Source of the DNA: the human T2T-CHM13v2.0 reference genome, Homo sapiens
Length of the DNA stretch: 64,000 nt
Assembly: GCF_009914755.1 (NCBI RefSeq)
Contig: NC_060933.1
Reading direction: 5' to 3' (one strand)
Below are positions 59,000-64,000 of this stretch, in pieces. Below the pieces are notes generated by a model. The model had not been told where the DNA came from. It saw nothing but the letters and a program-made list of their open reading frames with translations, and did no database searches. The translations under genes and the position numbers were made by a program. Position 1 is the first letter of the stretch. Every line of letters begins with the position of its first letter.

Positions 59000-60823
59000 T
59001 AGTTTCTGATTTCCAATGTACAATTAAACTCTTGGCTATTAGGAGCATCTATACATCCCCCAACTCAGAGTAACCACTTTAGCTATTCTTAGTCAATGAA
59101 GCCAAAGAACACAGAAGACTGTGCTCCTGTTCTAGTTCTTTTATGTACCTTGTTTTAAGTCTTCCTTGTTCCCCGCTCCCTCTCACCATAAGGACGTGGC
59201 TCTGCTGACTTTTCTCTTTAAAACTCTCTATCCTACCCTGCTCCATTCACCTCTTTTATACTAATTAAAGCCTCCTCTTCCTTCTGATCTCAGCTTAAGA
59301 GACACTGTCTTGAGGCACCTTTCGTTAGCCTTCCAAATCTGGCTCTTTCATAAAACCATCCTACAGATCATTGTTCTTTTTCATCAGCATGGTTGTCTCA
59401 ATTTGATGACTGATGTGATGATGTGACGGGTGCATGTCTTCAGTGAACTGTCGGAAAGCGGAGCTCGTGTGCACTGCAGAGTGTATTCCTGTGAGTGTAT
59501 TCCTGTTCCCTTCCAGGTGCGTGTGGATGACCCAGCAGCCAGGTCCAGCACTGGCCTAAGGCTCCAAACTTCTACAGTTAGAAAATTGGCAAAGATACTG
59601 ATTTAACTTTGGCGCGTTTGTTAGGCTTCTTCTTCTTCTCTCTCTTTTTTTTTTTTTTTTTTGGATAACACTTTACATAACATATGATAGAAAATGAGAA
59701 GAGTTTATGGAAAATAATTTTATTAGTGTTTGTGTCCCTTAATGACTTAAGCCCTAAGTAGAGACTTCATAATTTCAAACTTTCAAAAATGTCTAGTAAC
59801 ATGCAGTAAAATGTGTCTTATTCGTGAGAGTAATGTCTATTCTAGGCAACTGTTCTCAGTTTCCATGGACAGAGGAAAAATTAGACGTACATATGTTTTA
59901 TGGGGAGGAATTTGGACTAAACATAAGAAAGAATTACCTGGCCAGGAAGTTGTTGTTCACTATTACATTAACTCATTTTACAGGAATAAAGGAAATAACA
60001 TGATTTAGGAGGAATGTAACCCAGAAAGAGATAATGAATCAGAAGCCCTCCAAATTTCCTTTGAGATTTGTTTAGCATATGATTATGAGATTTGGTGAAA
60101 GTATGTCATTCCCAGTAAGTAGGTGTAATTTAAAATATGTAAGAAGTTCTACATATGTGCTTGGTAATTTTAAGGGTTATTGTATATAATCATTACTGAG
60201 ATCACTACACAGCTATGTCCTGCCAGTAATCCAAAAAGAAAAATCATTCTAGTTGTCATCAATTATATAAGATAATAAAAATAAACTTAAAGTCTTAGGC
60301 AATATTTTAGATATTGCTCAGAAGTACATTTCTTTGTGTTATAATTAATGACCTTCTATGTGTGATTATTCAGATTATTGAAAGTCTTAGTATTAATCAT
60401 TCATAATAATTAATTTTAAATATTTGAGTAGTCAGTTCTAAAATAATTGAAATCATTAAAACCTGAATGTTATTCAATCAACATGACTTAGAAATAAAAT
60501 AATATTATTAAAATAAGGAATTAAAGACTATAAATTTAGACAATGGGGAAATTAACAGAAACACTTCATGTCTTTGCCTTTATTTGGTAAAGGATAGACT
60601 CTTTCATCCAATAACTTTTTTAATTACCATAATTTTGAAAATGTGGGACTTTTTCTTACATCTTACACAGTATGTTGCTTGTCTGGCAAATTGAACACGT
60701 GGAGAAAAGAAATATCTTTGTCAAAATGAGCGCTTTATGTAGGACACTTTACATTATATTATAAAAATATATTAATAAATAGGTCCATAGTCTGTAGAAT
60801 ATATAATAAATATTCTGAATTAG

Positions 60824-61154
<331 letters not shown>

Positions 61155-61871
61155 TTGTCCTAATATTTTTATCTGGCAGATGCTATACTTAACACAGCAT
61201 TGGATTCTTAATGCCATTTGCAATCTAAAATAATAACACCAAACCCCAGTTTTGAGGTGAAATTCGTATAAATGAAGGTATATGGAATATTTGAAATATA
61301 ACTGCTAATTTCAGCTTATTATTAATTATATATAGTTATTTTAAAGAAGAGCTGAGACTAATAATTTATCATCTCAACTAAGATGAAGGATGTTTTAAAT
61401 TCTGCTACCACCAAAGTAAAGTTTTCTGATTTGCCATCTTCGACTAGGCTCCTCCTTGTCTTCAAATTATACCCATTATGATAGTCCCCTTGTGGAAAGG
61501 GACTGGATTTTACTTTCTCTAAATTGCTAACATCTAGACAGTGGTGTACCACATTTAAATAGCATTCAGTAAATAGATAAATGCATGCATTAATAAAACA
61601 TTAATATGTCTCCATTTTTGGCAAATATCTAATAGAAATGTGGAAGATAAGAGGAAGAAATCTACCCTTTGGAACAAATATAATTGGAAATAATAGTCTT
61701 TGGATATATTTATATGGTAATCATAAAATCTCAGGAATTGTCTTAAATGATTTGTATAGATTAAGTCAGTAAATCCTCACAGCAACTTTGTGAAGTGAGT
61801 TCCTAATATTCCCATTTTATAAATGAACAGACTGAAGCAGAATTAGTTTAAATAACTTCCCTAGGGTCATT

Positions 61872-62354
61872 TGTAATCAAACAATCAATGGGCTTGCTAC
61901 CCGATGTGCATAGAGGCCAATACCATGGCACAGGCTTGAGAAAAGAGAAGCTGTATTGCTGGTTGACTGTCAAGAGACAGGAGAAAATGCTCAAATCTGT
62001 CTCCCTGAGCTGGGGGCTGAGTTGGGTTTTATAGGAATAGGGTAATGAAGTGTTATCTGATTGGGTCTTGTGATGAGATGATGCTGGGAGGCATGATCTG
62101 ACTGAATCCTGCCATGGGGTACCACAAGGGCTCCATTTGATTGGATCCTGGATCTTGCCATGCAGTGTCCCCTTTTTAATCCAGTCCCACTTCTTGGGCT
62201 GAGCACTTAAGTCCCGCCCATCATTGCAAGTTTGGTTCATTTGGGCATGTTCAGGTTATGGGAACTTCAGCCTGGGAGTCCATGGCAACTGAAAAACTAT
62301 TCATAACTTTTTTACATAAAAGTTGAAGAACCAGACTGGTTTTGTGTGGTTACA
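61872..62354 (-). mobile_element. Solo ERV1 LTR (MER4-group, MER66/LTR48-like) inserted into a MIR
   Basis: TGTAA...TTACA termini with 4-bp TSD CATT (61868-71, 62355-58). MIR core cccattttataaatgaacagactga lies to the left and gagctggaatttgaactcaggcagtctggct to the right. Confidence 0.75.
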
Positions 62355-62541
62355 CATTCACTTAATAAATGACTGAGCTGGAATTTGAACTCAGGCAGTC
62401 TGGCTCTTGTCTGACTCCAGCGCCCAATCTCTTAGCCAATATGCACTATTGCCTGTGATAGAGATATTATTTTTGGTTATTGGGATAATGACAGCCAAGG
62501 GAATCTATAGAGTATTATTCCACAAAAATAATTCTAAATAC

Positions 62542-62845
<304 letters not shown>

Positions 62846-64000
62846 CTAAACACATTAAATTTCTCTATAGGATAACTTATTATTTTCTTAATGCTTGACA
62901 TAATTTATGCCAAATAAGCTCAGTGGTTAAGCAAAAATATTCAGATATTAAGAAATATCATAAATCATTTAATGCTGTATTAAATACATATAATTTAATT
63001 GTCCAAAAGTATTTTCCTGAGTGAAAAAATGATGGTGCAAATTTTGGATATTATAAGACAACTTGAAGAAGAGTAGAGTGCAGAAAGAAGTTATATTTTA
63101 GGTGGGCTAGAATAACATAACATTTATGCAATAGCCCCAATTTGTGATATAACACTTCATAAAAATGTTCAACAGTTTACAAGTGCTTTATCTGAAAACA
63201 ATGGAGAATTAATAGCATAAACTGGGAAACTTACTTTATGATTAACAAAGTTTTTTTAATGAAAATGATTAAAAGTAGACTAAATTGTTTTAAGTATTTC
63301 TTTTTCATTCAGCATTCAATTGCCAAGTCATTTCATTCACAGTTTTTAAGGATGTTCTGAAAATTCTGGCATAAGACCCAGGAGATGAAATTATTTGCCA
63401 AATGTTGATGTATTATGGGAAAAAATGACTCTGTTTACAACTGTAGCCATGTGAAAATTAAAGTTATTTAATCCCAATTTCAATTAGCCAATTATGAGAC
63501 AAAAGCAAAGAACTAGTGAAATACTACAAAACACTTTTTTGATATATTATACAATTAAGTTATCATTTTGCACCAATGGATAAGAATAGGGTTGCCATAG
63601 GGGTTCATCCTAATGCTAGGAAGCAGACCATAAAATCTAAAATTACTGGTAGAATTTATAGAGAATAGACTCTGACATTAAGATGTAACACAATTTAATT
63701 GAGTAGCACAAATATAATTGTCTTGCCTCATGGCTAAGTATCTCTGTAGAACTGCAATTTTAAAAAATGAAACCCAGCCAACAAAGGCAAGTAAAAAGTC
63801 CATAAGAATTATGAACTCTGTCAAAGTGAATACAATAGAAGACTCTCAGTCATAATTCTTTAAATCCTTCTAATTCCTTGATATTCAATATCTTTAATTG
63901 CCATAAGGCCCTGAGGTTGCTCCCTCTTAGCTATTAAGCTGACCTCCTACTAATATGTAGCTCTTTGCTGCTTCTCCCTCTTGGTCTTTATTTTCTACAA

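Overview
Primate (human-like; AluY-rich) AT-rich genomic DNA carrying the 3' half of a CNTNAP3/CASPR3-family (contactin-associated protein-like 3) gene on the + strand. Eleven GT-AG exons (1222-45629; 157, 128, 171, 219, 240, 225, 134, 88, 231, 72 and 122 coding nt, 1787 nt total) splice into one uninterrupted frame. It encodes the end of the fibrinogen-like domain, laminin-G 3, EGF 2, laminin-G 4, an Ala/Gly/Arg/Pro-rich stalk, the TM helix and a short tail ending ...SKKEEC*. They correspond to exons 14-24 of the 24-exon gene by length arithmetic. The paralog (CNTNAP3, 3B, 3C, a partial duplicate or an ape orthologue) cannot be fixed from this window. The rest is intron, 3'UTR and flank with about 29 Alus, nested old L1s, solo LTRs, hAT MER elements, MIR/L2 remnants and microsatellites. 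No prokaryote-type system (CRISPR, operon) is present. The best leads: a frameshifted fossil of the ancestral PDZ-binding tail in the 3'UTR; intron read-through stops that would give soluble ectodomains; a gene-body CpG-island exon; an in-frame 303-nt exon pair bracketed by inverted Alus; a candidate 22-nt poison micro-exon; and a 5'-inverted L1.
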